From contig MEOG01000093.1 of NCBI GenBank assembly GCA_001769125.1, forward strand, positions 1,726 to 65,725: a DNA stretch of 64,000 nucleotides, read 5' to 3'. This document shows, piece by piece, positions 46,931 through 57,200 of this stretch; the first letter of the stretch is position 1; every line of letters starts with the position of its first letter. The DNA comes from Bacteroidetes bacterium GWF2_35_48 (lineage in GTDB: Bacteria; Bacteroidota; Bacteroidia; Bacteroidales; GWF2-35-48). The notes beneath the pieces were generated by a model. The model was given only the letters and a program-made list of their open reading frames with translations, did not search any database and was not told the origin of the DNA. The translations under genes were made by a program, and so were the position numbers.

Positions 46931-47797
46931 ATGAATTTGTTTATTTATTGGATATTCAGAGTGTTTTTATTCAAGCTGCGGTTCACACCTTTTTTTTTAC
47001 TGCGCTTCTTTGCCTCTTTTCTTTTTTTTATCTTGTACTATATCGCAGAGTACAGAAAAAATGTTGTAATTTCTAATTTAAAAAAGTGCTTCCCTGAAAA
47101 AAGTGATTCGGAAATTAAATCAATTACTAAGCAATTTTATCTTCATTTAAGCGATATAACATTAGAAAGTCTGAAAGGATTTTCTATGACAAAAAAACAA
47201 ATTCTCAACCATTACAAAGTCCTTAATCCTGATGTACTCGATAAATTTCTAACGCAACAAAAAGACATTATTTGTCTTGCCAGTCATTATGGGAACTGGG
47301 AGTGGGGAATTCTTGCTGTTCCATTTCAGGTTAAGCTTTCCATGATTGCACTGTACAAGCCATTAACCAATAAATACATCGAAAAATTTTTAATAAAAAA
47401 ACGCGCTGCAATGGGCATGAAAATGGTTTCCATTTATGACACCCGCGCATCCTTTGAGTCTCAAAAAGAAAAAAAATCAGGCTATATAATGGCCGCCGAT
47501 CAATGCCCTTCTAATGTAGAAAAAGCAGTATGGATTAAGTTTTTTAATATTGAAACAGCTTGTCTGCATGGCGTAGAATATTATACAATAAAGTACAAAA
47601 TGCCGCTCGTATTTTTTAATGTTCAGAAAGTGAAACGCAATTACTACACTTTAGAAATAAAGGAAATTGAGTACAATCCTGAACAATACAATGCCGGATT
47701 TGTTACTTCATCTTATATGAAAATGCTTGAAGAAATTATTTACAAAAAGCCTGAATTCTGGCTCTGGTCGCATAAAAGGTGGAAGCATGTCAGGTAA
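46931..47797 (+). CDS. Lipid A late acyltransferase (LpxL/HtrB family)
   Basis: NLKKCFPEKS, SHYGNWE, ADQCP, FFN, Y...LE..I...PEFWLWSHKRWK. Confidence 0.9.
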   Translation: MNLFIYWIFRVFLFKLRFTPFFLLRFFASFLFFILYYIAEYRKNVVISNLKKCFPEKSDSEIKSITKQFYLHLSDITLESLKGFSMTKKQILNHYKVLNPDVLDKFLTQQKDIICLASHYGNWEWGILAVPFQVKLSMIALYKPLTNKYIEKFLIKKRAAMGMKMVSIYDTRASFESQKEKKSGYIMAADQCPSNVEKAVWIKFFNIETACLHGVEYYTIKYKMPLVFFNVQKVKRNYYTLEIKEIEYNPEQYNAGFVTSSYMKMLEEIIYKKPEFWLWSHKRWKHVR

Positions 47798-47821
47798 TTG
47801 GTATTTTGTTGAGAGAAAAAG

Positions 47822-48382
47822 ATGGAACTGTTCACTATATTTTTAATTGCAATAGGATTATGTTTTGATACTTTTGCTGTTTCTGTTTCATGCGGACTGT
47901 TAGAAAAAGAAATATCATTTTTCAAAGCAGTGAAAGTTGCAAGTTCTCTTGCCTTTTTTCAGGCGTTTATGCCTTTTGCAGGATGGCTTCTTGGGGTTAA
48001 AGTTAATCTGTTTATTGCAGATTTTGATCATTGGATCGCTTTTGGAATGCTTTCTTTAATTGGGTTAAAAATGATTTACGAAAGTCTCAAAAAAGAGGAG
48101 AAAAAGAAAAAATTCAATCCGCTTGATATTAAAATTTTACTTTGGATTTCTTTAGCTACCAGTATTGATGCTTTTGTTGTTGGTATCAGTTTCGGACTCA
48201 TCAGTATTCCGATTGTAGTTCCGATTATTATTATTGGTACTACTACTTTTTTCGTTGCAATGCTTGGAATGTTGTTCGGAAAGAAAACGGGTGGAAAACT
48301 CGGTAAAAAAATGGAAACTGTCGGAGGAATTATTTTAATTGGGATTGGAATAAAAATATTGATTGAGCATTTGTATTTTTAG
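47822..48382 (+). CDS. mntP: Manganese efflux pump MntP
   Basis: AIGLCFDTFAVS, FQAFMP..GW, DHWIAF, LATSIDAF.VG, GGIILIGIG. Confidence 0.92.
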   Translation: MELFTIFLIAIGLCFDTFAVSVSCGLLEKEISFFKAVKVASSLAFFQAFMPFAGWLLGVKVNLFIADFDHWIAFGMLSLIGLKMIYESLKKEEKKKKFNPLDIKILLWISLATSIDAFVVGISFGLISIPIVVPIIIIGTTTFFVAMLGMLFGKKTGGKLGKKMETVGGIILIGIGIKILIEHLYF

Positions 48383-48394
48383 TATATTTATATT

Positions 48395-48526
48395 GGATTA
48401 AGGATTAAGGATTAAGGATTAAGGATTAAGGATTAAGGAGTAAGGAGTAGGAGTAGGATTAAGGAGTAGGAGTAGCCTGCCAGACTGCGTAAAGCAGGCA
48501 GGGAGTAGGAGTAAGAGTAGGAGTAA
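48395..48526 (+). repeat. (GGATTAA) x6 then GGAGTA(A) units, with a 27-bp REP CCTGCCAGACTGCGTAAAGCAGGCAGG at 48476-48502
   Basis: Direct reading; the REP matches 46833-46859 at 25/27 positions. Confidence 0.92.
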
Positions 48527-48564
48527 GAAATACAATTTACGAATCAAATTACGTTTTATAAAAT

Positions 48565-49956
48565 ATGAAAATTATTTTTTCAATATTATTTTTAATTTTT
48601 TCAGGATTATTTCTTACAGGTCAGAATGTTCAAATAAAAGGGAATAATCCTTTGTTTGTAGGTAAGACAATTTTTTTCTGCACATATACGGATCAAATCA
48701 CATACCTGTTTGATACGCTTTGTACATCTAACGTTGACGCAAATGGAAACTTTAACTGTTCTTTTTTTCTTGATGAAATAAAACCTGTTTTTACATCATT
48801 CGGAGCATACAAATATTTAATCTATGCAGAGCCCAGAAAAATATACACTGTAACATTTCCTGACATAAAAGATAAAAGTAAAGCTGATGATATAAACCCC
48901 TATTTTGAAGAGATAACCTTGTTTTTGAAAATTGAGAATTCTGATCGCTCCGAATTAAATAATGCGATTTTTCGTTTTGATTTAACATGCAATGATTACA
49001 TCAATGCACGCTACAATGAAATTTATAAGCAAGCTAAAAATTCCGGGGTTGATAAAATGATAAACTATATAGATTCGCTTTTTTCTTTCTGTAATCATCC
49101 GTATTTCATAAAATACAAAGAATATAAGTATGCGCTGATTAAATATTTTGCTTACGTGAGGCACGAACAAACAATGACACGTGAATTTTATAAAGGAAAG
49201 CCGGTTCTGTATCACAATACATCTTATATGAATCTTTTCAATCAGACATTTGATAATTACTTTACTTATTTTGCTAAAACCACCGAGGGATCAACATTGC
49301 CAGACCTTATTGGCAAAGCAAAAAGTCCGCGACGAATTAAAAACCTGTTGAAAAAGAATAACGCTTACGATGATGAAGTCCTACAGGAGCTTATCATATT
49401 AAAAGGCTTAAGGGATGTTTTGCTCTCAGGAGAATATAGTAAAAATGTTATTATACAAACACTCGATTCATTAGGACTACAAACGTCAGTTCCTTTTCAT
49501 AAAACTATTGCAGGAAATATTGTAAAACTTGCCATGCAAAAAGAACCTGCTGTATCATTAAATACAATACCTTTATTCAATACAGACAGTACTGCTTTTA
49601 ATACAGAGAAGTTTAAAGGAAAATTTGTATATCTGAATTTTTGCAGATGCAAAAGTTATCCCTGTCTTGAAGAAAGTGAATTGATAAAAATCTGGAATAA
49701 AAAAAAGCCTTTCAATATAGAGTTTATAACTGTTTTTGTTGAAGAAACGGCAGAAATAGTAAGAATACATCATGCTAAAAATAAAGCAGACTGGACTATT
49801 TTATATTGTCCGAAATCGGAACCAATATTAAAAACATTAAAAGTCAGAGCTTATCCGGCATATTTTTTATTTGATACAGACGGAAAAATGCTAATGCCTT
49901 ACGCGAAAACAATGAAAGAGGGATTTGAGTCTTTTTTCATGAGAACATTCAAATAG
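48565..49956 (+). CDS. Exported protein with C-terminal TlpA/thioredoxin-like domain (non-canonical CxxC)
   Basis: Signal peptide; FKGKFVYLNFCRCKSYPC, IEFITV, KVRAYPAYFLFD.DGK. Confidence 0.7.
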   Translation: MKIIFSILFLIFSGLFLTGQNVQIKGNNPLFVGKTIFFCTYTDQITYLFDTLCTSNVDANGNFNCSFFLDEIKPVFTSFGAYKYLIYAEPRKIYTVTFPDIKDKSKADDINPYFEEITLFLKIENSDRSELNNAIFRFDLTCNDYINARYNEIYKQAKNSGVDKMINYIDSLFSFCNHPYFIKYKEYKYALIKYFAYVRHEQTMTREFYKGKPVLYHNTSYMNLFNQTFDNYFTYFAKTTEGSTLPDLIGKAKSPRRIKNLLKKNNAYDDEVLQELIILKGLRDVLLSGEYSKNVIIQTLDSLGLQTSVPFHKTIAGNIVKLAMQKEPAVSLNTIPLFNTDSTAFNTEKFKGKFVYLNFCRCKSYPCLEESELIKIWNKKKPFNIEFITVFVEETAEIVRIHHAKNKADWTILYCPKSEPILKTLKVRAYPAYFLFDTDGKMLMPYAKTMKEGFESFFMRTFK

Positions 49957-49961
49957 TGGGG

Positions 49962-50079
49962 GTTGCTGTTGCAGGTTAAAAAGGTTGCAGGTTGCATGTT
50001 AACCGCTGGTTGAGCGCCTGCCTGTCCGCCTGCCTGCCGGCGAGGCAGGGTAGGCAGGGAGTCGAAACCAAGGTTGCAG
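49962..50079. repeat. GTTGCAG units flanking a triple-nested REP (50007-50070)
   Basis: TGGTTGAGCG[CCTGCCTGTCCG[CCTGCCTGCCGGCGAGGCAGG]GTAGGCAGG]GAGTCGAAACCA. Confidence 0.85.
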
Positions 50080-50080
50080 A

Positions 50081-51355
50081 TTAAGCTTCGTTTATTATCA
50101 ACTTCAGAAGATCTATTTTATTATTATCTACTTTTAAAACTTTAATGATGAACGTGTGCTCAAGCTTTATTGTAATTTCTTCGTTTTCCAAAGGAATGCT
50201 ACCATGATAATAAAGTAAAAATCCGGCTAGAGTTTCATATTCATTCGAAACAGGAAGACTTATATTAAATTTCTCGTTCAGGTAATCTATTTCTAAGCGA
50301 CCCGACAACGAATATTCATTTTCTGCAATCTTTTTTTCTTCATAGATTTGGGTGTCGTGTTCGTCTTCAATTTCTCCGAAAATTTCTTCAATAACATCTT
50401 CAATCGTTACAATTCCGGCAGTTCCTCCAAACTCATCAACAACAACTGCAAGATTTTTTTTATCGTGTATAAACTTTGTAAGTAACTTTTGTGCAGACAT
50501 AGATTCCGGCACATAAATGACATCTATAAGAACACTTTTTATTGAAGGAGGATTTTTGTAAAGTGCCGACAAATGAACGAATCCGATAATATTATCTATA
50601 GAATTTTCGTAAACAATAATTTTAGAAAAACCTGTATGTATAAATTTTCCCTTTAGTTCATCCATTGGATCATCTACTTCTACAGCTTCAATTTCAGTTC
50701 TGGGTACAATACATTCACGCAGTTTTACTTCTGAAAAATCAAGCGCATTCTGAAATATTTTTATGTCCCTGTCTATTTCATTATTTTTGAGTACTGAATC
50801 ATTTTGGGTTGTTTCATCAAGAAGATTTCCGAGATCCATTTTCGTAAATGCTATTTGCTCATTTTGCCTACTTACATTTACCTTGAAAATCCTGAGCAAT
50901 AAAAAGGTTAAACTTGTAAACATTTTTACAACAGGATACAATAATATATATATAATAAAAACCGGAGCAGCCATAAAATTCAGAAGTGTATTTGGAATCG
51001 TTCGGAACACGGCTTTCGGTATAAATTCAGCAGTAACAAGAATCAGAGCTGTTGATAAAATCGTTTGAATTATCAGTACGCCCGCTGATGATTGAATATA
51101 TTGCATAATCAAAGGCTCCAGAACATACGCCATCTGGATTCCATAAACTACAAGCGAAATTGTATTTCCCACAAGCATTGTTGCAATAAAATGCGAGGGA
51201 TTATGAGAAAGAATTGAAACAATTTTCGCATTCAGGGAACCCTGTTTTTTTTCAAGCTCCAGCCTTAATTTATTGGACGTAACAAAAGCTATTTCCATTC
51301 CGGAGAAAAAAGCTGAAAAAATCAGCGATATAAGTATTACAATCAAGTTATCCAA
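50081..51355 (-). CDS. HlyC/CorC (hemolysin-family) CNNM-CBS-CorC protein
   Basis: SAFFSGMEIAF, LVGNTI, AEFIPK, CIVPRTEI, VVVDEFGGTAGIVTIEDVIEEIFGEIEDEHD, YETLAG. Confidence 0.93.
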   Translation of the reverse strand: MDNLIVILISLIFSAFFSGMEIAFVTSNKLRLELEKKQGSLNAKIVSILSHNPSHFIATMLVGNTISLVVYGIQMAYVLEPLIMQYIQSSAGVLIIQTILSTALILVTAEFIPKAVFRTIPNTLLNFMAAPVFIIYILLYPVVKMFTSLTFLLLRIFKVNVSRQNEQIAFTKMDLGNLLDETTQNDSVLKNNEIDRDIKIFQNALDFSEVKLRECIVPRTEIEAVEVDDPMDELKGKFIHTGFSKIIVYENSIDNIIGFVHLSALYKNPPSIKSVLIDVIYVPESMSAQKLLTKFIHDKKNLAVVVDEFGGTAGIVTIEDVIEEIFGEIEDEHDTQIYEEKKIAENEYSLSGRLEIDYLNEKFNISLPVSNEYETLAGFLLYYHGSIPLENEEITIKLEHTFIIKVLKVDNNKIDLLKLIINEA

Positions 51356-51363
51356 TTCCTGAA

Positions 51364-51552
51364 TTATTGTGAATTATTTTTACGTGTATATCTGCGGAAA
51401 AAAAACATTAAAACAGCAATAAAAGTTATTATGTAAAAAGGGTAACTTTCTGAGAATCCTTGTCTGTATGTTTTATGCACGGCAGCAATCACACTGAGCA
51501 CAGCAATGACAAGCCACGTATATTCCAGTATTTTTCTGAATAATTTACTCAT
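51364..51552 (-). CDS. Small two-TM membrane protein
   Basis: 62 aa with two hydrophobic helices; translationally coupled between lptC and the CBS gene. Confidence 0.65.
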   Translation of the reverse strand: MSKLFRKILEYTWLVIAVLSVIAAVHKTYRQGFSESYPFYIITFIAVLMFFFRRYTRKNNSQ

Positions 51553-52096
51553 CTTTTAAATTTACGTAACTATTTCTGATTTTACGGATTTTCCAATTAT
51601 TAAAATTCTGATTTGCCTGAAATCCTTCGCCACATAAAACTTCTTCATTGGAAGAAATTTTGACGAATTTTTCTGAAAAAAATTTTTCTCCGGTTACATC
51701 CCAGAAAAGCTCTTCTGTGTTTAGCGTCTTCCCTTCTCTTTTATTAAAAGCAACTACATTATTTCTTGCGGTCCAGAATTGTTTTTTTTCATCAAACACG
51801 GCATAATCTGCTGTCAAATTTGACTCGACCTCATCGGTGCTGTTAAAAAATTCTACTTCAATTCCTTTCGGATATTCTATCAAAGGATTTTTTTCATCAG
51901 AAATACGTAATACTTCGCGCGCTTTCAGACGCAAACGTATTTTTCCTGAATCGCTGTAAAGCACTTCAATTTTTTTTGCAGACATGGAGAGGGAGTTGTT
52001 CTCAACAGAATATTCGCTTACTTCTTTCAGAGAATTTTCACAGGCAATAAGCAGAAAAGCGCCTACAATAAATAAGTATTTCAGATAGGAAAACAA
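51545..52096 (-). CDS. lptC: LPS export ABC transporter periplasmic protein LptC
   Basis: Lipobox LIAC; YSDSGK, EYPKGIEVEF, LTADYA, LNTEELFWD, GEGF motifs of Bacteroidota LptC. Confidence 0.85.
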   Translation of the reverse strand: MFSYLKYLFIVGAFLLIACENSLKEVSEYSVENNSLSMSAKKIEVLYSDSGKIRLRLKAREVLRISDEKNPLIEYPKGIEVEFFNSTDEVESNLTADYAVFDEKKQFWTARNNVVAFNKREGKTLNTEELFWDVTGEKFFSEKFVKISSNEEVLCGEGFQANQNFNNWKIRKIRNSYVNLKDE

Positions 52097-52099
52097 AAA

Positions 52100-53389
52100 T
52101 TAATCAAATTTATATTTATGAAACCAGGAATCCGAAAGGCTGAAATTAATGCCAATATTCATATACGTTTCCCTGATAAGATTTTTATTTGTTGTCCCTC
52201 TGCTCCCCAATTCAAGAGAAAGATTCAATATTGAACGGGATTTTTTAACAGGCATAGCGATCCCAAAACTAATTCCTACATCATTAAGTTGTTCGTTTTT
52301 TTCAGAAAATCTGAGGAACGATTTTGAATAATGAGACCCAAAGCGGTAAGTAACGCGTTTCCAAAAATTGCTCATAGAACTTTTTTCCGGCGTATATTCA
52401 GCACCCGCTGATACAGTATGACTGTTTGCGAGAGAATCATTCATTCCGAATAGACGGAAGCTTTCCCAGTTCTGAAAATAATAATCCGTACCAAACATCC
52501 ACTTATCTCCTTTAATCGTATATCCAACTCCAAAATTCATTGGAAGTGCTATTTTTCCTTTTTCATCGGGCGTATTTATAATGGTATCAACCAAAGAGCT
52601 TCCACCCTTATTGTAAAAATTGGTGGCAAGCGTATTTCTTGTTGCTGAAATATTGTGTTTATTATCAAAAACAGCTCCTAAGGTATATTCATATTTTCCC
52701 ATCATTTTATTTGTGTATTGCAGCCCCAAATTGTAATAAAAATCACTGATTGTAATATTATTTTGTGTTCTCAGATTCATATACAAATATGAAGTATCTG
52801 TAAATTTAAGGGTTTTCATCTGTTCAATCGTACCAAACATATATGAAGCATTAACGCCAATTGAAAAAGTTTTGTGTAGTTTAAACGAATTGCCGAAATA
52901 AAATTTATTAATTCCTCCTGAGCCCGTGTAAAATATTTCGCGTGGAAGTGTTGCTGATTCGATTTCTTCTTTCAGGTTATAACCAACAGAGCTTAATGGA
53001 ATAAGACCGATGCTTCCGTACCACCATTTTGTTAAAGGAAAACCAAATGAAAGATAGCTGATATTTGTATTGTGCATCAGTTCACTTACATCCGATGACT
53101 GCACGTATACTGATTTATTTCTGACTCCGAATTCAAAAATAAACGTAAGCGTATCAATACTACTATAAGAGGCGGGGTTCATAATGTTTAAACTTTTGTT
53201 ATTGCGCAAACCAATTCCCAAACCCCCTAAAGCGTCATTCTGACAAAAGCCTCTTGAGCTGATTTCGCCAATTCCATAGCGGGAATAAGGAGAACTGGTA
53301 AAATTATTTTGACCAACAGCAATTGCGGAAAAAACAATAATCGCAAAAAAAGCAATTATATTTCTGATATTAAAAATAGTATGTATCAA
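52100..53389 (-). CDS. FadL/PorV-like outer-membrane beta-barrel protein (TTG start overlapping the coaX stop)
   Basis: SSPYSRYGIG, MNPASYS, GSGGINK, ISFGIAMPV, GSRGTT..NLIRE, WFHKYKFD; conserved coaX-lptC context. Confidence 0.75.
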   Translation of the reverse strand: MIHTIFNIRNIIAFFAIIVFSAIAVGQNNFTSSPYSRYGIGEISSRGFCQNDALGGLGIGLRNNKSLNIMNPASYSSIDTLTFIFEFGVRNKSVYVQSSDVSELMHNTNISYLSFGFPLTKWWYGSIGLIPLSSVGYNLKEEIESATLPREIFYTGSGGINKFYFGNSFKLHKTFSIGVNASYMFGTIEQMKTLKFTDTSYLYMNLRTQNNITISDFYYNLGLQYTNKMMGKYEYTLGAVFDNKHNISATRNTLATNFYNKGGSSLVDTIINTPDEKGKIALPMNFGVGYTIKGDKWMFGTDYYFQNWESFRLFGMNDSLANSHTVSAGAEYTPEKSSMSNFWKRVTYRFGSHYSKSFLRFSEKNEQLNDVGISFGIAMPVKKSRSILNLSLELGSRGTTNKNLIRETYMNIGINFSLSDSWFHKYKFD

Positions 53390-54123
53390 TTTTTTAATTT
53401 TAAATTATAATCAAGAATAAAATTCAAACCTTTTAACACAAGGTCAGAATCTGCAAAGATGGGATTTTTTAATTTCTTCTCAAAAAAAACAGCATCTCCC
53501 CCTGTTATTATGGTAATCAAACAATTATGTTTTCTTTTAAAGCGGGCAACGTATTCGTTCATTTCAAAAACACAGCTATTTTGAACACCTGCCCTTATAG
53601 ATGACTCGGTAGTGTTGCCCGTTAAAACAGATTCATCCGAGGGAGAAATCAGGGGAAGTCTTTTTGTAAATGAATGCAAAGCTTTAAAGCGCATATTCAG
53701 ACCCGGAGAAATTATTCCACCCTGATAAACACCTTTTTTATCAATAAAATCTATTGTAATTGCAGTCCCTGCATCAATTACCAGTACATCATTTTCAGGA
53801 AAAAGATATTTCGCTCCGCAAACAGCAGCCAATCTGTCTTTCCCTAAAGTTTTCGGGGTTTGATACGCATTTTTTAACGGCACTGGAGTTTCTGAAGAAA
53901 AATCAATAAAAAATGGAATTTCAGAAATTAATTTTTTATTTATTTTTTTATAACGGTTGCTTACCGAAGAAAAAATACCGGCTTTCAGACCGGAATATAG
54001 AGACAACAAAGCCGTTACTTCATCCAAATTATCTGATTTACAGACTGTTTTTTTTATCAACTTCTTATTTTTAAACAAAGATGTTTTTGTCAGGGTATTA
54101 CCGACATCAATCACAAAATTCAT
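53386..54123 (-). CDS. coaX: Type III pantothenate kinase
   Basis: VIDVGNT, LGKDR, VIDAGTAITID, GGIISPG, TGGDA, LVLKGL. Confidence 0.95.
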   Translation of the reverse strand: MNFVIDVGNTLTKTSLFKNKKLIKKTVCKSDNLDEVTALLSLYSGLKAGIFSSVSNRYKKINKKLISEIPFFIDFSSETPVPLKNAYQTPKTLGKDRLAAVCGAKYLFPENDVLVIDAGTAITIDFIDKKGVYQGGIISPGLNMRFKALHSFTKRLPLISPSDESVLTGNTTESSIRAGVQNSCVFEMNEYVARFKRKHNCLITIITGGDAVFFEKKLKNPIFADSDLVLKGLNFILDYNLKLKN

Positions 54124-54224
54124 GGAATTAAATTTTTTTTTTGAAATTATAACAATTTTTCATAATTTCATAACTTTTTACACGAGGAAAAATTGTTCAG
54201 ATTATAAAATAAATCCCATTTGTA

Positions 54225-57200
54225 ATGCAGCCCAAGAAAGTTCTTGTAGTTGACGACGATAAAATGCTTACCACACTTATCAAGATGTTTCTTGACGAGT
54301 TGGGCTTTGAAACAGTCGGTGTGTTTGCCGAAGCAAAACCGGCAATTGAAAAATGCAGGGAAAACCTTCCGGACGTTATTCTTATGGATATTCATCTTGA
54401 TGGAGAAATAGACGGAATCAAAGCCGTTGATTTAATCCGCAAAGAGTTTGACGTTCCTGTTGTTTTTATTACCAGCGACACAGAAGAGGCTACTGTGAAC
54501 AAGGCAATCAATACAAATCCTTATGGCTATCTTGTTAAACCAATTATTAAATCATCACTGAGCATTACTCTGGAATTGGCCTATTTTAAACACAGGCATG
54601 AACAGGAACTGGAGCTACGTGAAAGACCTTACAGAAAACTTGTTGACGATACTGAAAATACAATTCTTGTTGTTATTAACGACAATATTGAATATGTGAA
54701 CATGTCCGGGCTGAAACTGTTTGGCACTATTAATATTGAGGATTTGCTGCAAAAATCTATACTTTCTTTTATTCAGGATGAAAAAAAGGAAACTTTTAAA
54801 AACAAAATGATTTTTGCGCTGAAGTCCAATACCCGTATCGAATATTTTGAAACGGTTATTAATTCATTATCGGGAGTACAGTGTTTTGTAGGAATTGTTG
54901 GCTCCGTAATTACCTTTAAAAGACAGAAAGCGCTTCAGCTTGTAATTGCTGATAAAACAGAGGAAATCCAGTCAAAAAGACTTCTTTCAGAACAGGATAA
55001 TATCATCAATAATCTTTATGATGGTGTAGTTTCATTAAGTCTGAACGGAAAAATAAAATCATGGAATCTGGGAGCCGAGCGTATTCTGGGAATTCCAAAA
55101 CATATTATTATCGGAGAGCACATTTCAAAAATTTTTCCCGAAAAAGATGAAATGTTTTTACAGGAAAATTTATTGGAAGTTCCATTAGACAAAGAGGTTC
55201 ACAACCTGCCGATTGACTACACGCACCCTGTAACAAAAAAGCGGGCTTATCTCAGACTTTCGCTGTCTGTACTAAAAAACATGGCCAATGAAATTACCGG
55301 AATTGTTTGCTATTGTACCGATATCACAGAAGTTAAAATTCATGAGGAAACAATAAAAACCTCTGCAAATAATCTGAAAGCTATATTTAACGGTAGCACT
55401 GAGGCAATTTTTCTTATTGATAATAAGCTGCGGATTCTCGATTTTAATAAGCTTGCTGAAACCTACAGCCATGATTTTTTCTTTGTTGAACCCACGATTG
55501 GAGAAAATATATTTTTAGCACTTCCTTTTCTTGATAAAACAGAATTCGGAGGTCTTTTCAGTAATACTATAGAAGGAATTACCCATTATCTCGAACGGCA
55601 ATTTCAATTTCCGGAATACAAAAAATATCTTAAAATAACAATCTATCCTATTTTAGACGACAAAGAAGATATTGTTGACCGGTTTTGCATATCATTTTTA
55701 GATATATCAGAAAGAAAGAAAATTGAAAAAGACCTTGAGGATTCCCGCGCAGAATTAAAACCACTTTTCGACAGCAGTATACAGCGCTTCTATCTTGTTG
55801 ATACAAATTATAAAATTATTGCATTTAATAAAGCTGCCAAAGAAATTATTCAGAAAGAATTCAAATATTCGCTGAAAAAGGGAGACAACATACTTGATTT
55901 TGTACCTGCCGGACTGGGTATTGATTTCTTCAAACAGAAATTTGAAAAAGCAAGATCCGGAGAGCATGTTGTTTACAAAGAAAAAGCGGGTTATGATAAT
56001 GTAGAATACTGGAACGAAGTACACCTTGACCCAATAGCAAACTATAAAGGAGAAATTCACAGAATCCTTTTGTGGACGCTTGATATTACGGATCGTGAAA
56101 ATAATATGATTGCCCTGAAACAAAGCGAAGAAAGATATTTTCTTGTTTCACAGGCAGGAAATGACGGGATGTGGGATTGGAATATTTTATCAGACGAAAT
56201 GTATCTTTCGCCAAGATGGAAAGATATTTTGGGATTTTCCGATTACGAAATCATAAACCGGCGCGATGCGCGTGATAAACTCATCCACCCGGAAGATGTT
56301 TCGCGGACAAAACAAAAAATGCAGGAGTATCTTGATGGAAGAACAGATATCTATGCGCATGAATACCGCCTGCGCCATAAAGACGGAACGTATCGCTGGG
56401 TACTTGAAAGAGCACTTGCCCTTAAAGATAATTCCGGAGAAGCATACAGAATTGCCGGTTCTATTTCTGATATTACCGAAAGAAAAAAATACGAAGAACA
56501 AATTTATGAAATGAACAAAGCATTGCTTGAAGAGCGTAGCATGTTCATAAAAGGAAATGTAATTGTGCTTCGCGTGGATGCCTCTAACCCTGATCAGGTA
56601 ATTTATGTATCAGAAAATGTCGCGAATGTTCTAGGTTATTCTGCAGAGGATTTTGTAAATAAAAAAGTAGAACTATCCTCCCTCGTTTACCCCAGCGATT
56701 ATGATATGCACATGAAGGAAAGAATAGACGCAATAAAAAAAGATGCCAATTATGTAGAGTTTTCTAACTACAGGCTGAAAGCTAAAAATGGCAAAACAAT
56801 TTGGGTCAAAGACTTTACCTCTATCGTTCGTAATGAGAAAAAAGAACCTGTACAATTACTGGGTTATTTTGTTGATATTACACAGGAAAAAGAAGCGGAA
56901 CAGCAATTTGAAGAAAGCCAGCAAAAATATTATGCGCTATTCAATGAAGCCAATGATTCTATTTTGATTATTGATGCGGATACGGATAAAATTGTTGACT
57001 GCAATAATAAAGCCGTTGAAGTTTTCGGATATGTTAAAAGTGAAATGCTCAGCTTCAGTCTGCTGAAACTTTCACCGGAAGTACAACCGAATGGCATTCT
57101 TTCAAAAGAAAAAAGACAGGAAAAAATTACGGAAGCAAGTAAAAACGGAAACACAACTTTTTACTGGCAACAACGAAAAAAGAACGGAGAACTTTTTGAT

